Origin: Escherichia coli
GTDB taxonomy: Bacteria; Pseudomonadota; Gammaproteobacteria; Enterobacterales; Enterobacteriaceae
Assembly: GCF_003334305.1 (NCBI RefSeq)
Contig: NZ_QOWS01000006.1
DNA length: 64,000 nt
Direction: 5' to 3' (one strand)
Shown here: piece by piece, positions 40,647 to 58,505 of the stretch
How the letters are laid out: every line of letters starts with the position of its first letter
Position numbering within the stretch: position 1 is the first letter of the stretch
The notes under the pieces: model-generated
Told to the model about the DNA's origin: nothing
The model's database searches: none
The model's input: the letters and a program-made list of their open reading frames with translations, nothing else
Translations under genes and position numbers: made by a program

Positions 40647-41933
40647 ATGTCCGAAGATATCTTTGACGCCATCATCGTCGGTGCAGGGCTTGCCGGTTCG
40701 GTTGCCGCACTGGTGCTCGCCCGCGAAGGTGCGCAAGTGTTAGTTATCGAGCGTGGCAATTCCGCAGGTGCCAAGAACGTCACCGGCGGGCGTCTCTATG
40801 CCCACAGTCTGGAACACATTATTCCTGGTTTCGCCGACTCCGCCCCCGTAGAACGCCTGATCACCCATGAAAAACTCGCGTTTATGACGGAAAAGTCAGC
40901 GATGACTATGGACTACTGCAACGGTGACGAAACCTCGCCATCCCAGCGTTCTTACTCCGTTTTGCGCAGTAAATTTGATGCCTGGTTGATGGAGCAGGCC
41001 GAAGAAGCGGGCGCGCAGTTAATTACCGGGATTCGTGTCGATAACCTCGTACAGCGCGATGGCAAAGTCGTCGGTGTAGAAGCCGATGGCGATGTGATTG
41101 AAGCGAAAACGGTGATCCTTGCTGACGGGGTGAATTCCATCCTTGCCGAAAAGTTGGGGATGGCAAAACGCGTTAAACCGACGGATGTGGCGGTTGGCGT
41201 GAAGGAACTGATCGAGTTACCGAAGTCGGTAATCGAAGACCGTTTTCAGTTGCAGGGTAATCAGGGCGCGGCTTGTCTGTTTGCGGGATCACCCACCGAT
41301 GGCCTGATGGGCGGCGGCTTCCTTTATACCAATGAAAATACCCTGTCGCTGGGGCTGGTTTGTGGTCTGCATCATCTGCATGACGCAAAAAAATCGGTGC
41401 CGCAAATGCTGGAAGATTTCAAACAACATCCGGCCGTTGCACCGCTGATCGCGGGTGGCAAGCTGGTGGAATATTCCGCTCACGTAGTGCCGGAAGCAGG
41501 CATCAACATGCTGCCGGAGCTGGTCGGTGACGGCGTATTGATTGCCGGCGATGCCGCCGGAATGTGTATGAACCTCGGTTTTACCATTCGCGGTATGGAT
41601 CTGGCGATTGCCGCCGGGGAAGCTGCAGCAAAAACCGTGCTTTCAGCGATGAAAAGCGACGATTTCAGTAAGCAAAAACTGGCGGAATATCGTCAGCATC
41701 TTGAGAGTGGCCCGCTGCGCGATATGCGCATGTACCAGAAACTACCGGCGTTCCTTGATAACCCACGCATGTTCAGCGGCTACCCGGAGCTGGCGGTGGG
41801 CGTGGCGCGTGACCTGTTCACCATTGACGGCAGTGCGCCAGAACTGATGCGCAAGAAAATCCTCCGCCACGGTAAGAAAGTGGGCTTCATCAATCTAATC
41901 AAGGATGGCATGAAAGGAGTGACCGTTTTATGA
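40647..41933 (+). CDS. fixC: FAD-dependent oxidoreductase FixC (ETF-quinone oxidoreductase-like)
   Basis: 428-aa ORF with N-terminal FAD-binding GAGLAG motif. Confidence 0.95.
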   Translation: MSEDIFDAIIVGAGLAGSVAALVLAREGAQVLVIERGNSAGAKNVTGGRLYAHSLEHIIPGFADSAPVERLITHEKLAFMTEKSAMTMDYCNGDETSPSQRSYSVLRSKFDAWLMEQAEEAGAQLITGIRVDNLVQRDGKVVGVEADGDVIEAKTVILADGVNSILAEKLGMAKRVKPTDVAVGVKELIELPKSVIEDRFQLQGNQGAACLFAGSPTDGLMGGGFLYTNENTLSLGLVCGLHHLHDAKKSVPQMLEDFKQHPAVAPLIAGGKLVEYSAHVVPEAGINMLPELVGDGVLIAGDAAGMCMNLGFTIRGMDLAIAAGEAAAKTVLSAMKSDDFSKQKLAEYRQHLESGPLRDMRMYQKLPAFLDNPRMFSGYPELAVGVARDLFTIDGSAPELMRKKILRHGKKVGFINLIKDGMKGVTVL

Positions 41934-42217
41934 CTTCTCCCGTCAATGTGGACGTCAAACTGGGCGTCAATAAATTCAATGTCGATGAAGAGCATCCGCA
42001 CATTGTTGTGAAGGCCGATGCTGATAAACAGGTGCTGGAGCTGCTGGTGAAAGCGTGCCCCGCAGGTCTGTACAAGAAGCAGGATGACGGCAGTGTGCGC
42101 TTCGATTACGCCGGATGTCTGGAGTGCGGCACCTGTCGCATTCTGGGGCTGGGGTCGGCGCTGGAACAGTGGGAATACCCGCGCGGCACCTTTGGTGTGG
42201 AGTTCCGTTACGGCTGA
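41930..42217 (+). CDS. fixX: Ferredoxin-like protein FixX
   Basis: 95-aa ORF with a Cys cluster (CPAGLY...CLECGTC); overlaps fixC by 4 nt (ATGA). Confidence 0.94.
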   Translation: MTSPVNVDVKLGVNKFNVDEEHPHIVVKADADKQVLELLVKACPAGLYKKQDDGSVRFDYAGCLECGTCRILGLGSALEQWEYPRGTFGVEFRYG

Positions 42218-42274
42218 TGTTGGTTTGATACGTAACGCCGCACTGACTCTCATTGCAAAAAACAGGAATAACCC

Positions 42275-43606
42275 ATGCAACCGTCCAGAAACTTTGACGA
42301 TCTCAAATTCTCCTCTATTCACCGCCGCATTTTGCTGTGGGGAAGTGGTGGTCCGTTTCTGGATGGTTATGTACTGGTAATGATTGGCGTGGCGCTGGAG
42401 CAACTGACTCCGGCGCTGAAACTGGACGCTGACTGGATTGGCTTGCTGGGTGCGGGAACGCTCGCCGGGCTGTTCGTTGGCACATCGCTGTTTGGCTATA
42501 TCTCCGATAAAGTCGGACGGCGCAAAATGTTCCTCATTGATATCATCGCCATCGGCGTGATATCGGTGGCGACGATGTTTGTCTCATCCCCTGTCGAACT
42601 GTTGGTGATGCGGGTACTTATCGGCATTGTCATCGGTGCAGATTATCCCATCGCCACCTCAATGATCACCGAGTTCTCCAGTACCCGTCAGCGGGCGTTT
42701 TCCATCAGCTTTATCGCCGCCATGTGGTATGTCGGCGCGACCTGCGCCGATCTGGTCGGCTACTGGCTTTATGATGTGGAAGGCGGCTGGCGCTGGATGC
42801 TGGGTAGCGCGGCGATCCCCTGTTTGTTGATTTTGATTGGTCGATTCGAACTGCCTGAATCTCCCCGCTGGTTATTACGCAAAGGGCGAGTAAAAGAGTG
42901 CGAAGAGATGATGATAAAACTGTTTGGCGAACCGGTGGCTTTCGATGAAGAGCAGCCGCAGCAAACCCGTTTTCGCGATCTGTTTAATCGCCGCCATTTT
43001 CCTTTTGTTCTGTTTGTTGCCGCCATCTGGACCTGCCAGGTGATCCCAATGTTCGCCATTTACACCTTTGGCCCGCAAATCGTTGGTTTGTTGGGATTGG
43101 GGGTTGGCAAAAACGCGGCACTGGGGAACGTGGTGATTAGCCTGTTCTTTATGCTCGGCTGTATTCCGCCGATGCTGTGGCTAAACACTGCCGGACGGCG
43201 TCCATTGTTGATTGGCAGCTTTGCCATGATGACGCTGGCGCTGGCGGTTTTGGGGCTGATCCCGGATATGGGGATCTGGCTGGTAGTGATGGCCTTTGCG
43301 GTGTATGCCTTTTTCTCTGGCGGGCCGGGTAATTTGCAGTGGCTCTATCCTAATGAACTCTTCCCGACAGATATCCGCGCCTCTGCCGTGGGCGTGATTA
43401 TGTCCTTAAGCCGTATTGGCACCATTGTTTCGACCTGGGCACTGCCGATCTTTATCAATAATTACGGTATCAGTAACACGATGCTAATGGGGGCGGGTAT
43501 CTCGCTGTTTGGCTTGTTGATTTCCGTAGCGTTTGCCCCGGAGACTCGAGGGATGTCACTGGCGCAAACCAGCAATATGACGATCCGCGGGCAGAGAATG
43601 GGGTAA
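42275..43606 (+). CDS. yaaU: Major facilitator superfamily transporter YaaU
   Basis: 443-aa 12-helix membrane ORF. Confidence 0.92.
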   Translation: MQPSRNFDDLKFSSIHRRILLWGSGGPFLDGYVLVMIGVALEQLTPALKLDADWIGLLGAGTLAGLFVGTSLFGYISDKVGRRKMFLIDIIAIGVISVATMFVSSPVELLVMRVLIGIVIGADYPIATSMITEFSSTRQRAFSISFIAAMWYVGATCADLVGYWLYDVEGGWRWMLGSAAIPCLLILIGRFELPESPRWLLRKGRVKECEEMMIKLFGEPVAFDEEQPQQTRFRDLFNRRHFPFVLFVAAIWTCQVIPMFAIYTFGPQIVGLLGLGVGKNAALGNVVISLFFMLGCIPPMLWLNTAGRRPLLIGSFAMMTLALAVLGLIPDMGIWLVVMAFAVYAFFSGGPGNLQWLYPNELFPTDIRASAVGVIMSLSRIGTIVSTWALPIFINNYGISNTMLMGAGISLFGLLISVAFAPETRGMSLAQTSNMTIRGQRMG

Positions 43607-43713
43607 ATTGTTCAGATTTCTCTCTTTTCTGAATCAATATTATTGACTATAAGCCGCGTGAATATATGACTACACTTTGTGGGAAAACAAAGGCGTAATC
43701 ACGCGGGCTACCT

Positions 43714-44236
43714 ATGATTCTTATAATTTATGCGCATCCGTATCCGCATCATTCCCATGCGAATAAACGGATGCTTGAACAGGCAAGGACGCTGGAAGGC
43801 GTCGAAATTCGCTCTCTTTATCAACTCTATCCTGACTTCAATATCGATATTGCCGCCGAGCAGGAGGCGCTGTCTCGCGCCGATCTGATCGTCTGGCAGC
43901 ACCCGATGCAGTGGTACAGCATTCCACCGCTCCTCAAACTTTGGATCGATAAAGTTTTCTCGCACGGCTGGGCTTACGGTCACGGCGGCACGGCGCTGCA
44001 TGGCAAACATTTGCTGTGGGCGGTGACGACCGGCGGCGGGGAAAGCCATTTTGAAATTGGTGCGCATCCGGGCTTTGATGTGCTGTCGCAGCCGCTACAG
44101 GCGACGGCAATCTACTGCGGGCTGAACTGGCTGCCACCGTTTGCCATGCACTGCACCTTTATTTGTGACGACGAAACCCTCGAAGGGCAGGCGCGTCACT
44201 ATAAGCAACGTCTGCTGGAATGGCAGGAGGCCCATC

Positions 44237-44244
<8 letters not shown>
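43714..44244 (+). CDS. kefF: Glutathione-regulated K+ efflux system ancillary protein KefF (quinone oxidoreductase)
   Basis: 176-aa [23 protein letters not shown]. Confidence 0.95.
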
Positions 44245-46770
<2,526 letters not shown>

Positions 46771-46793
46771 TTTTGTATAGAATTTACGGCTAG

Positions 46794-46830
46794 TGCCGGA
46801 TGCGACGCCGGTCGCGTCTTATCCGGCCTT
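46794..46830. repeat. REP-like palindromic element
   Basis: gccggatgcgacgccggtcgcgtcttatccggcc downstream of folA. Confidence 0.5.
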
Positions 46831-46847
46831 CCTATATCAGGCTGTGT

Positions 46848-47690
46848 TTAAGACGCCGCCGCTTCGCCCAAATCCTTATGCCGGTTCGACGGCTGGACAA
46901 AATACTGCTTATCTTCCCAGCGCAGGCAGGTTAATGACCCACCCCAGCAGCAGCCGGTATCCAGCGCGTAAATACCTTCCGGCGTACCTTTGCCTTCCAG
47001 CGATGCCCAGTGACCAAAGGCGATGCTGTATTCTTCAGCGACAGGGCCAGGAATCGCAAACCACGGTTTCAGTGGGGCAGGGGCTTCTTCCGGCGATTCT
47101 TTGCTGTACATATCCAGTTGACCGTTTGGAAAGCAAAAACGCATACGGGTAAAGGCGTTGGTGATAAAACGCAGTCTTCCCAGCCCCCGCAATTCCGGTG
47201 ACCAGTTATTTGGCATATCGCCGTACATAGCGTCGAGAAAGAAGGGATAGGAGTCACTCGATAGCACCGCTTCTACATCGCGCGCGCACTCTTTGGCGGT
47301 CTGTAGATCCCACTGCGGCGTGATCCCTGCGTGGGCCATCACCAACTTTTTCTCTTCGTCGATTTGCAGCAAAGGCTGGCGACGCAGCCAGTTAAGCAGC
47401 TCGTCGGCATCCGGCGCTTCCAGCAGCGGTGTCAGGCGATCTTTCGGTTTATTGCGGCTGATCCCGGCAAATACCGCCAGCAGATGCAGATCGTGATTGC
47501 CCAGCACCAGACGTACGCTGTCGCCTAAGGATTTCACATAGCGCAGAACATCCAGCGAACCCGGCCCGCGCGCGACCAGATCGCCCGTCAGCCAGAGGGT
47601 ATCTTTCCCAGGGGTAAATTCTACTTTATGCAGCAATGCGATCAGTTCATCGTAACAACCATGAACGTCGCCAATAAGGTATGTCGCCAT
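46848..47690 (-). CDS. apaH: Bis(5'-nucleosyl)-tetraphosphatase, symmetrical (Ap4A hydrolase)
   Basis: 280-aa ORF with metallophosphatase motifs GDVHGC and GNHD. Confidence 0.96.
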   Translation of the reverse strand: MATYLIGDVHGCYDELIALLHKVEFTPGKDTLWLTGDLVARGPGSLDVLRYVKSLGDSVRLVLGNHDLHLLAVFAGISRNKPKDRLTPLLEAPDADELLNWLRRQPLLQIDEEKKLVMAHAGITPQWDLQTAKECARDVEAVLSSDSYPFFLDAMYGDMPNNWSPELRGLGRLRFITNAFTRMRFCFPNGQLDMYSKESPEEAPAPLKPWFAIPGPVAEEYSIAFGHWASLEGKGTPEGIYALDTGCCWGGSLTCLRWEDKQYFVQPSNRHKDLGEAAAS

Positions 47691-47696
47691 ATTCTT

Positions 47697-48074
47697 TTAA
47701 TGAATGAGTGTGGGAACGGCGAGTCGGAATACGGGAATGTCGATGCTGAAAGGGACGCCATTTTCATCGATCATTTCGTAGTGACCCTGCATGGTGCCCA
47801 GCGGGGTTTCAATGATTGCACCGCTGGTGTACTGGTACTCTTCGCCAGGCGCGATAAGTGGCTGGACGCCAACCACTCCTTCGCCCTGGACTTCGGTTTC
47901 ACGGCCATTGCCATTGGTGATCAGCCAGTAACGCCCCAACAACTGCACTGGCGCTCGCCCCAGATTGCGTATGGTTACGGTATAAGCAAAAACGTAACGT
48001 TCATTATCAGGTGAAGATTGTGCCTCAATGTAGACGCTTTGAACCTGAATACACACTCGGGGCGAATTGATCAT
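47697..48074 (-). CDS. apaG: ApaG (DUF525) protein
   Basis: ORF 47697..48128; ATG at 48074 gives the 125-aa protein [20 protein letters not shown]. Confidence 0.92.
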   Translation of the reverse strand: MINSPRVCIQVQSVYIEAQSSPDNERYVFAYTVTIRNLGRAPVQLLGRYWLITNGNGRETEVQGEGVVGVQPLIAPGEEYQYTSGAIIETPLGTMQGHYEMIDENGVPFSIDIPVFRLAVPTLIH

Positions 48075-48076
48075 CG

Positions 48077-51170
<3,094 letters not shown>

Positions 51171-51222
51171 ACTTTTTCCATTTCAATTAACCGCACTGCG
51201 GATTACGTGGTAAATCAACAAA

Positions 51223-53577
51223 TCACAAAGTGTTTTGATACGGCAGAATGTTCGAACGCAGCATCTCTTGCGTACCCAGACCGTAGTTGGAGCTCAGGCC
51301 GCGAAGTTCGATGTTAAAGCCGATTGCGTTGTCATATACCGCATGTTGTTTATCGTTATCCCAACCGTTCAGCTTCCGCTCGTAACCGACGCGAATTGCA
51401 TAGCAGCAGGAGCTGTATTGCACACCTAACATAGAGTCGGCTTGCTTGTTCGCATTGGTGTCGTAGTAGTAGGCCCCAACAATGGACCAACGATCGGCAA
51501 TTGGCCAGCTGGCGACAGCACCTACCTGCGAAATACCATTCTTATATTGCTCAGCAGTGGAATAGTACTTAGGCAGCGTAGCCTGAATATATTCCGGGCT
51601 GGCGTAACGGTAATTCAGCTGTACCAGACGGTCTTCATCCCGACGGTATTCAATGCTGGAGTTACTGGTCGCTACGTTATCCAGACGTGTATCGTACTGA
51701 ATCCCGCCACGCAATCCCCAACGCTCGGAGATACGCCAGTAAGTATCGCCTGCCCACACCAGTGAGCCCGTTTTGTCGTCATTCTCCCATGTTATGTTGT
51801 CATCGCCAGTGCGAGACTCCGTGAAATAGTAGATTTGACCAACGGAAATATTAAAACGTTCAACGGCAGCATCATCATATATGCGAGATGTGACACCGGT
51901 CGTCACCTGGTTAGCGGAGGCAATACGGTCAAGACCGCCGTAAGTCCGGTCCCGGAACAGGCCAGAGTAGTCAGATTGCAGCAGAGATGAGTCGTAGTTA
52001 TAGATGTCGCTCTGATCGCGATACGGCACGTACAAATACTGCGCGCGCGGTTCCAGCGTTTGGGTATAACCCGGAGCCAGCATTTCCATATCGCGTTCAA
52101 AGACCATTTTGCCGTCAACTTTGAATTGCGGCATTACGCGGTTAACGGATTCGTCCAGCTTGGTCGTGTTTCTGGAGTTATACCAGTCAAGATTAGTTTG
52201 CTGATAATGGGTTGCCAGCAACTTCGCTTCGGTATTGATGCTGCCCCAGTTATTAGAGAGCGGCAAATTGATGGTCGGTTCCAGGTGAACACGGGTTGCT
52301 TCAGGCATGTCGTCTCTGGTGTTAACAAAGTGCACTGCCTGGCCGTAAATACGCGTATCAAACGGACCAACATCATTCTGGTAGTAATTAACGTCTAACT
52401 GCGGCTCTGCCGAGTAGCTACTGGTGTTCTGTTCGCTGAAAACCTGGAACTGCTTGGTTGAAACGGTGGCATTGAAGTTTTGCACCGCATAGCCAACGCT
52501 GAATTTTTGCGTTGCGTAGCCGTCAGTACTGGAACCGTACTTGTTATCGAAATCATTGAAGTAGCTAGGATCGCTGACCTTGGTGTAGTCGACGTTGAAA
52601 CGCCACACCTGATCCATGACCCCGGAGTGGTTCCAGTAGAATAACCAACGACGTGAACTGTCATCGTTCGGGTGTTCATCTTCATAGACTTTATCTGAAG
52701 GCAGATAGTCCAGTTCCATCAAGCCAGCGCCCGCCTGGGAGAGGTAGCGGAATTCGTTCTCCCACATGATGTTGCCACGACGATGCATATAATGCGGCGT
52801 GATGGTGGCATCCATATTTGGCGCGATGTTCCAGTAATATGGCAGGTAGAACTCAAAGTAGTTGGTGGTGGTGTACTTGGCGTTCGGGATCAAGAAACCA
52901 GAGCGACGTTTGTCACCCACCGGCAACTGCAAATAGGGGCTATAAAAGATCGGTACCGGACCCACCTTAAAGCGGGCGTTCCAGATCTCCGCAACTTGTT
53001 CTTCGCGGTCATGAATAATTTCGCTACCTACCACGCTCCAGGTGTCAGAACCCGGCAGACAGGAGGTAAAGCTACCGTTATCCAGAATGGTATAGCGGTT
53101 TTCGCCACGTTGTTTCATCAGGTCCGCTTTACCGCGACCCTGGCGACCCACCATCTGGTAATCACCTTCCCAGACGTTGGTATCTTTGGTGTTCAGATTC
53201 GCCCAGCCTTTCGGCCCTTTGAGGATCACCTGGTTATCGTCGTAATGGACATTACCGAGCGCATCAACGGTACGTACCGGCTCCGGTTGTCCTGGTGCCT
53301 CTTTTTGATGGAGCTGCACTTCGTCGGCCTGCAGACGGCTGTTACCCTGCATGATATCCACGCTGCCAGTAAACACGGCGTCATCCGGGTAGTCCCCTTT
53401 CGCGTGGTCAGCATTGATAGTCACGGGTAAGTCATTGGTATCGCCCTGTACCAGAGGACGGTCATAGCTTGGCACGCCCAACATGCACTGTGAGGCGAGG
53501 TCGGCTGCCAGTCCCTGTTGACTATAAAGGGCGGTGGCAATCATGGTGGCCAGGAGAGTGGGGATACGTTTTTTCAT
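51223..53577 (-). CDS. lptD: LPS-assembly outer membrane protein LptD (Imp/OstA)
   Basis: 784-aa ORF with signal peptide [24 protein letters not shown]. Confidence 0.97.
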
Positions 53578-53831
53578 ACGTTGATTTTATTGTTCCATCA
53601 TCGGTAACGTTGCGCGTGACAAACGGTCAGAGACTAACGTACTCGTCATCTCTACGCTAGTGTTAATCCTGTCCGAATAGCGTCAGTGGTGTTAGGCACG
53701 GCATTGAATGACAGGTATGATAATGCAAATTATAGGCGATGTCCCACAATTGACCGCAGCCGGAAAACGGTAAAAGCACCTTTATATTGTGGGAGATAGC
53801 CCTGATATCCGTGTGTCGATTTGGGGAATAT

Positions 53832-54647
53832 ATGCAGTATTGGGGAAAAATCATTGGCGTGGCCGTGGCCTTACTGATGGGCGGCGGCTTTTGGGGCGTA
53901 GTGTTAGGCCTGTTAATTGGCCATATGTTTGATAAAGCCCGTAGCCGTAAAATGGCGTGGTTCGCCAACCAGCGTGAGCGTCAGGCGCTGTTTTTTGCCA
54001 CCACTTTTGAAGTGATGGGGCATTTAACCAAATCCAAAGGTCGCGTCACGGAGGCTGATATTCATATCGCCAGCCAGTTGATGGACCGAATGAATCTTCA
54101 TGGCGCTTCCCGTACTGCGGCGCAAAATGCGTTCCGGGTGGGAAAATCAGACAATTACCCGCTGCGCGAAAAGATGCGCCAGTTTCGCAGTGTCTGCTTT
54201 GGTCGTTTTGACTTAATTCGTATGTTTCTGGAGATCCAGATTCAGGCGGCGTTTGCTGATGGTTCACTGCACCCGAATGAACGGGCGGTGCTGTATGTCA
54301 TTGCTGAAGAATTAGGGATCTCCCGCGCCCAGTTTGACCAGTTTTTGCGCATGATGCAGGGCGGTGCACAGTTTGGCGGCGGTTATCAGCAGCAAACTGG
54401 CGGTGGTAACTGGCAGCAAGCGCAGCGTGGCCCAACGCTGGAAGATGCCTGTAATGTGCTGGGCGTGAAGCCGACGGATGATGCGACCACCATCAAACGT
54501 GCCTACCGTAAGCTGATGAGTGAACACCATCCCGATAAGCTGGTGGCGAAAGGTTTGCCGCCTGAGATGATGGAGATGGCGAAGCAGAAAGCGCAGGAAA
54601 TTCAGCAGGCATATGAGCTGATAAAGCAGCAGAAAGGGTTTAAATAA
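53832..54647 (+). CDS. djlA: Co-chaperone DjlA (membrane-anchored J-domain protein)
   Basis: ORF 53787..54647; ATG at 53832 gives the 271-aa protein [20 protein letters not shown]-terminal J-domain HPD motif. Confidence 0.94.
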   Translation: MQYWGKIIGVAVALLMGGGFWGVVLGLLIGHMFDKARSRKMAWFANQRERQALFFATTFEVMGHLTKSKGRVTEADIHIASQLMDRMNLHGASRTAAQNAFRVGKSDNYPLREKMRQFRSVCFGRFDLIRMFLEIQIQAAFADGSLHPNERAVLYVIAEELGISRAQFDQFLRMMQGGAQFGGGYQQQTGGGNWQQAQRGPTLEDACNVLGVKPTDDATTIKRAYRKLMSEHHPDKLVAKGLPPEMMEMAKQKAQEIQQAYELIKQQKGFK

Positions 54648-54656
54648 GTTTTAAAC

Positions 54657-54745
54657 TGTAGGCCTGATAAGACGCGGCCCGCGTCGCATCAGGCAATCGG
54701 CGCACAATTGCCGGATGCGGCGTGAACGCCTTATCCGCCTACCGA
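54657..54745. repeat. BIME made of two REP elements
   Basis: gtaggcctgataagacgcggcccgcgtcgcatcaggc and gccggatgcggcgtgaacgccttatccgcctac fill the djlA-rluA intergenic gap. Confidence 0.6.
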
Positions 54746-54763
54746 ACTGCGCCAGCGTGACGA

Positions 54764-55423
54764 TTAAAAATCCGCTGGCGCTTTAAACGTCATACTATTG
54801 CCATACGCCGGATGGGTAATCGTCAACATCTCTGCATGTAGCAACAAACGCGGTGCCATCGCTCTCGCTTCTGGTGATGCATAAAAACGATCGCCGAGAA
54901 TCGGATGCCCCAGCGCCAGCATATGCACACGCAATTGATGCGAACGCCCGGTAATCGGTTTTAACACCACTCTTGCCGTGTTATCCGCCGCATACTCCAC
55001 CACTTCATATTCCGTCTGCGCAGGTTTACCCGTTTCGTAACAGACTTTCTGTTTCGGGCGGTTTGGCCAGTCGCAAATCAGCGGCAGATCCACCAGACCT
55101 TCTGCGGGGGATGGATGCCCCCAGACGCGGGCCACATACTGCTTTTTCGGCTCGCGCTCGCGGAACTGGCGTTTTAACTCCCGCTCCGCGGCTTTGGTCA
55201 GCGCCACTACAATCACGCCGCTGGTAGCCATATCCAGACGATGCACCGATTCTGCCTGCGGATAATCACGCTGAATGCGCGTCATCACGCTGTCTTTGTG
55301 CTCTTCCAGACGACCCGGCACTGACAACAAACCGCTCGGCTTGTTGACCACCATAATATGGTCATCCTGATACAGGATAACCAACCAGGGTTCCTGCGGT
55401 GGATTGTAGTTTTCCATCCCCAT
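54764..55423 (-). CDS. rluA: 23S rRNA/tRNA pseudouridine synthase A
   Basis: ORF 54764..55480; ATG at 55423 gives the 219-aa protein MGMENYNPPQEPWLVILYQDD. Confidence 0.94.
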   Translation of the reverse strand: MGMENYNPPQEPWLVILYQDDHIMVVNKPSGLLSVPGRLEEHKDSVMTRIQRDYPQAESVHRLDMATSGVIVVALTKAAERELKRQFREREPKKQYVARVWGHPSPAEGLVDLPLICDWPNRPKQKVCYETGKPAQTEYEVVEYAADNTARVVLKPITGRSHQLRVHMLALGHPILGDRFYASPEARAMAPRLLLHAEMLTITHPAYGNSMTFKAPADF

Positions 55424-55434
55424 TTTCGGCTCCG

Positions 55435-58341
55435 TTACTGATGCGTTACAACGATCAAACGCAGGGCATCCAGACGCCAACCTGCCTGATCCAGGCTTTC
55501 CATTACCTGCTGACGGTTGCTCTCAATGGCGGTCAGTTCGTCGTCACGAATGTTCGGGTTCACTGCACGCAGAGCTTCCAGACGAGACAGCTCGGCAGAC
55601 AGTTTTTCGTCGGCTTCGTTACGCGCTGCATCAATCAATGCACGGGCAGATTTCTCGATCTGCGCTTCACCCAGTTGAAGGATAGCGTGAACATCCTGCT
55701 GCACGGCGTTAACCAGTTTGCTGCCGGTGTGACGGTTAACCGCGTTAAGCTGGCGGTTAAAGGTTTCAAACTCTACCTGCGCCGCCAGGTTGTTGCCGTT
55801 TTTATCCAGCAGCATACGTACCGGCGTCGGTGGCAGGAAGCGGTTGAGCTGCAACTGCTTCGGAGCCTGGGCTTCAACCACATAAATCAGTTCCACCAAC
55901 AGCGTACCTACCGGCAACGCTTTGTTTTTTAACAGTGAAATCGTGCTGCTACCGGTATCGCCAGAAAGAATCAGATCCAGACCGTTGCGGATCAGCGGAT
56001 GCTCCCAGGTAATAAACTGTGCATCTTCACGCGCCAGCGCCACTTCACGATCAAAGGTGATGGTGATGCCATCTTCCGACAGGCCAGGGAAGTCCGGCAC
56101 CAGCATATGATCGGACGGCGTCAGCACGATCATGTTGTCGCCGCGATCGTCCTGATTGATACCGATAATATCGAACAGGTTCATGGCGAAGGCGATCAGG
56201 TTGGTATCGTCATCCTGCTCTTCAATGCTTTCTGCCAGTGCCTGGGCTTTTTCGCCACCGTTGGAGTGGATTTCCAGCAGGCGGTCACGACCCTGTTCCA
56301 GCTGTGCTTTCAGCGCTTCATGTTGCTCGCGGCAGTTTTTGATCAGATCGTCAAAGCCTTCGGTTTGATCCGGTGAAGCCAGATAGTTAATCAGATCGTT
56401 GTATACGCTATCGTAAATAGTGCGTCCGGTCGGGCAGGTGTGCTCAAATGCATCCAGACCTTCGTGATACCAGCGCACCAGCACCGACTGAGCGGTTTTC
56501 TCCAGATAAGGCACATGGATCTGAATATCGTGCGCCTGGCCGATACGATCCAGACGACCAATACGCTGCTCCAGTAGATCCGGGTTGAATGGCAGGTCAA
56601 ACATCACCATGTGGCTGGCGAACTGGAAGTTACGTCCTTCAGAACCGATTTCTGAGCACAGCAGTACCTGTGCGCCGGTGTCTTCTTCGGCAAACCAGGC
56701 GGCAGCGCGGTCACGTTCGATAATCGACATACCTTCGTGGAACACCGCAGCGCGAATACCTTCACGTTCGCGCAGTACCTGCTCCAGTTGCAGCGCAGTG
56801 GCAGCTTTGGCGCAGATCACCAGCACTTTCTGAGAGCGATGGCTGGTCAGGTAGCCCATCAGCCACTCAACGCGCGGATCGAAGTTCCACCAGGTGGCGT
56901 TATCACCTTCAAATTCCTGATAAATACGCTCCGGGTAGAGCATATCGCGAGCACGATCTTCCGCACTTTTACGTGCGCCCATAATGCCGGAGACTTTAAT
57001 AGCCGTCTGATACTGCGTCGGTAGCGGCAGTTTAATGGTGTGCAGCTCGCGTTTCGGGAATCCTTTCACACCGTTACGCGTGTTACGGAACAGCACGCGG
57101 CTGGTGCCGTGGCGATCCATCAGCATCGAAACCAGCTCCTGACGGGCGCTCTGGGCATCTTCGCTGTCGCTGTTTGCTGCCTGCAACAGCGGCTCGATAT
57201 CCTGCTCGCCGATCATCTCGCCGAGCATGTTCAGTTCGTCATTGCTCAGTTTGTTACCTGCCAGCAGCATGGCAACGGCGTCCGCAACCGGACGATAATT
57301 TTTCTGCTCTTCAACGAACTGCGCAAAATCGTGGAAACGGTTCGGGTCCAGCAGACGCAGACGGGCGAAGTGGCTTTCCATCCCCAGCTGTTCCGGGGTC
57401 GCGGTCAGCAGCAGAACGCCCGGCACGTGCTCTGCCAGTTGTTCAATGGCCTGATATTCACGGCTTGGCGCATCTTCGCTCCACACCAGGTGATGCGCTT
57501 CATCGACCACCAGCAGGTCCCATTCGGCTTCACAGAGATGTTCCAGGCGCTGTTTGCTACGACGGGCAAAATCCAGCGAGCAAATCACCAGCTGTTCGGT
57601 GTCAAACGGGTTGTAAGCATCGTGCTGAGCTTCGGCATAACGCTCATCATCAAATAGCGCAAAGCGCAGGTTGAAACGGCGCAGCATTTCTACCAGCCAC
57701 TGATGCTGTAAGGTTTCCGGGACGATAATTAGCACACGTTCAGCAGCGCCAGAGAGCAGTTGCTGATGCAGGATCATCCCGGCTTCAATGGTTTTCCCTA
57801 AACCCACTTCGTCAGCCAGCAGGACGCGCGGCGCGTGGCGGCGACCAACATCATGAGCGATGTTGAGCTGATGCGGAATCAGGCTGGTACGCTGACCGCG
57901 CAGGCCGCTGTACGGCATACGGAACTGTTCGCTGGAATACTTACGCGCGCGATAACGCAGCGCAAAGCGGTCCATACGGTCAATCTGCCCGGCAAACAGA
58001 CGGTCCTGCGGTTTGCTGAACACCAGTTTGCTATCAAGGAAAACTTCACGCAGGGCTACGCCGGACTCTTCAGTATCCAGGCGAGTACCGATATAGGTCA
58101 GCAAGCCATTTTCTTCTTTTACTTCTTCGACTTGCATCTGCCAGCCGTCATGGCTGGTAATAGTATCACCAGGGTTGAACATCACGCGGGTCACGGGGGA
58201 ATCACTGCGTGCGTACAGACGGTTTTCACCAGTAGATGGGAAAAGTAAAGTGACAGTTCGCGCATCCACCGCGACAACGGTTCCAAGTCCCAATTCGCTT
58301 TCTGTATCGCTGATCCAGCGTTGACCAAGTGTAAAAGGCAT
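55435..58341 (-). CDS. rapA: RNA polymerase-associated SWI2/SNF2 ATPase RapA (HepA)
   Basis: 968-aa ORF with helicase motifs DEVGLGKT and VVDEAHH. Confidence 0.97.
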
Positions 58342-58505
58342 ATGTGTTCGGCTCTATATCTTTAATTGCAGGCAATAACCACCCGCTACCGTGCTTATGA
58401 GGTAGTGGTGTTATTCAGGTCCAGGAATGGAAAGGGCGCTATGGTACTGGATGGCAAAGCATTCGTCACGCATCAAAATGGTATCTGGCGAACTCTTTTT
58501 TTTGC

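Noticed and set aside
53663-53968. 101-aa minus-strand ORF spanning the lptD-djlA intergenic region and the djlA start
   Set aside because: It overlaps the well-supported djlA start on the opposite strand and its Pro/Thr-rich translation resembles no known family. It is probably spurious.
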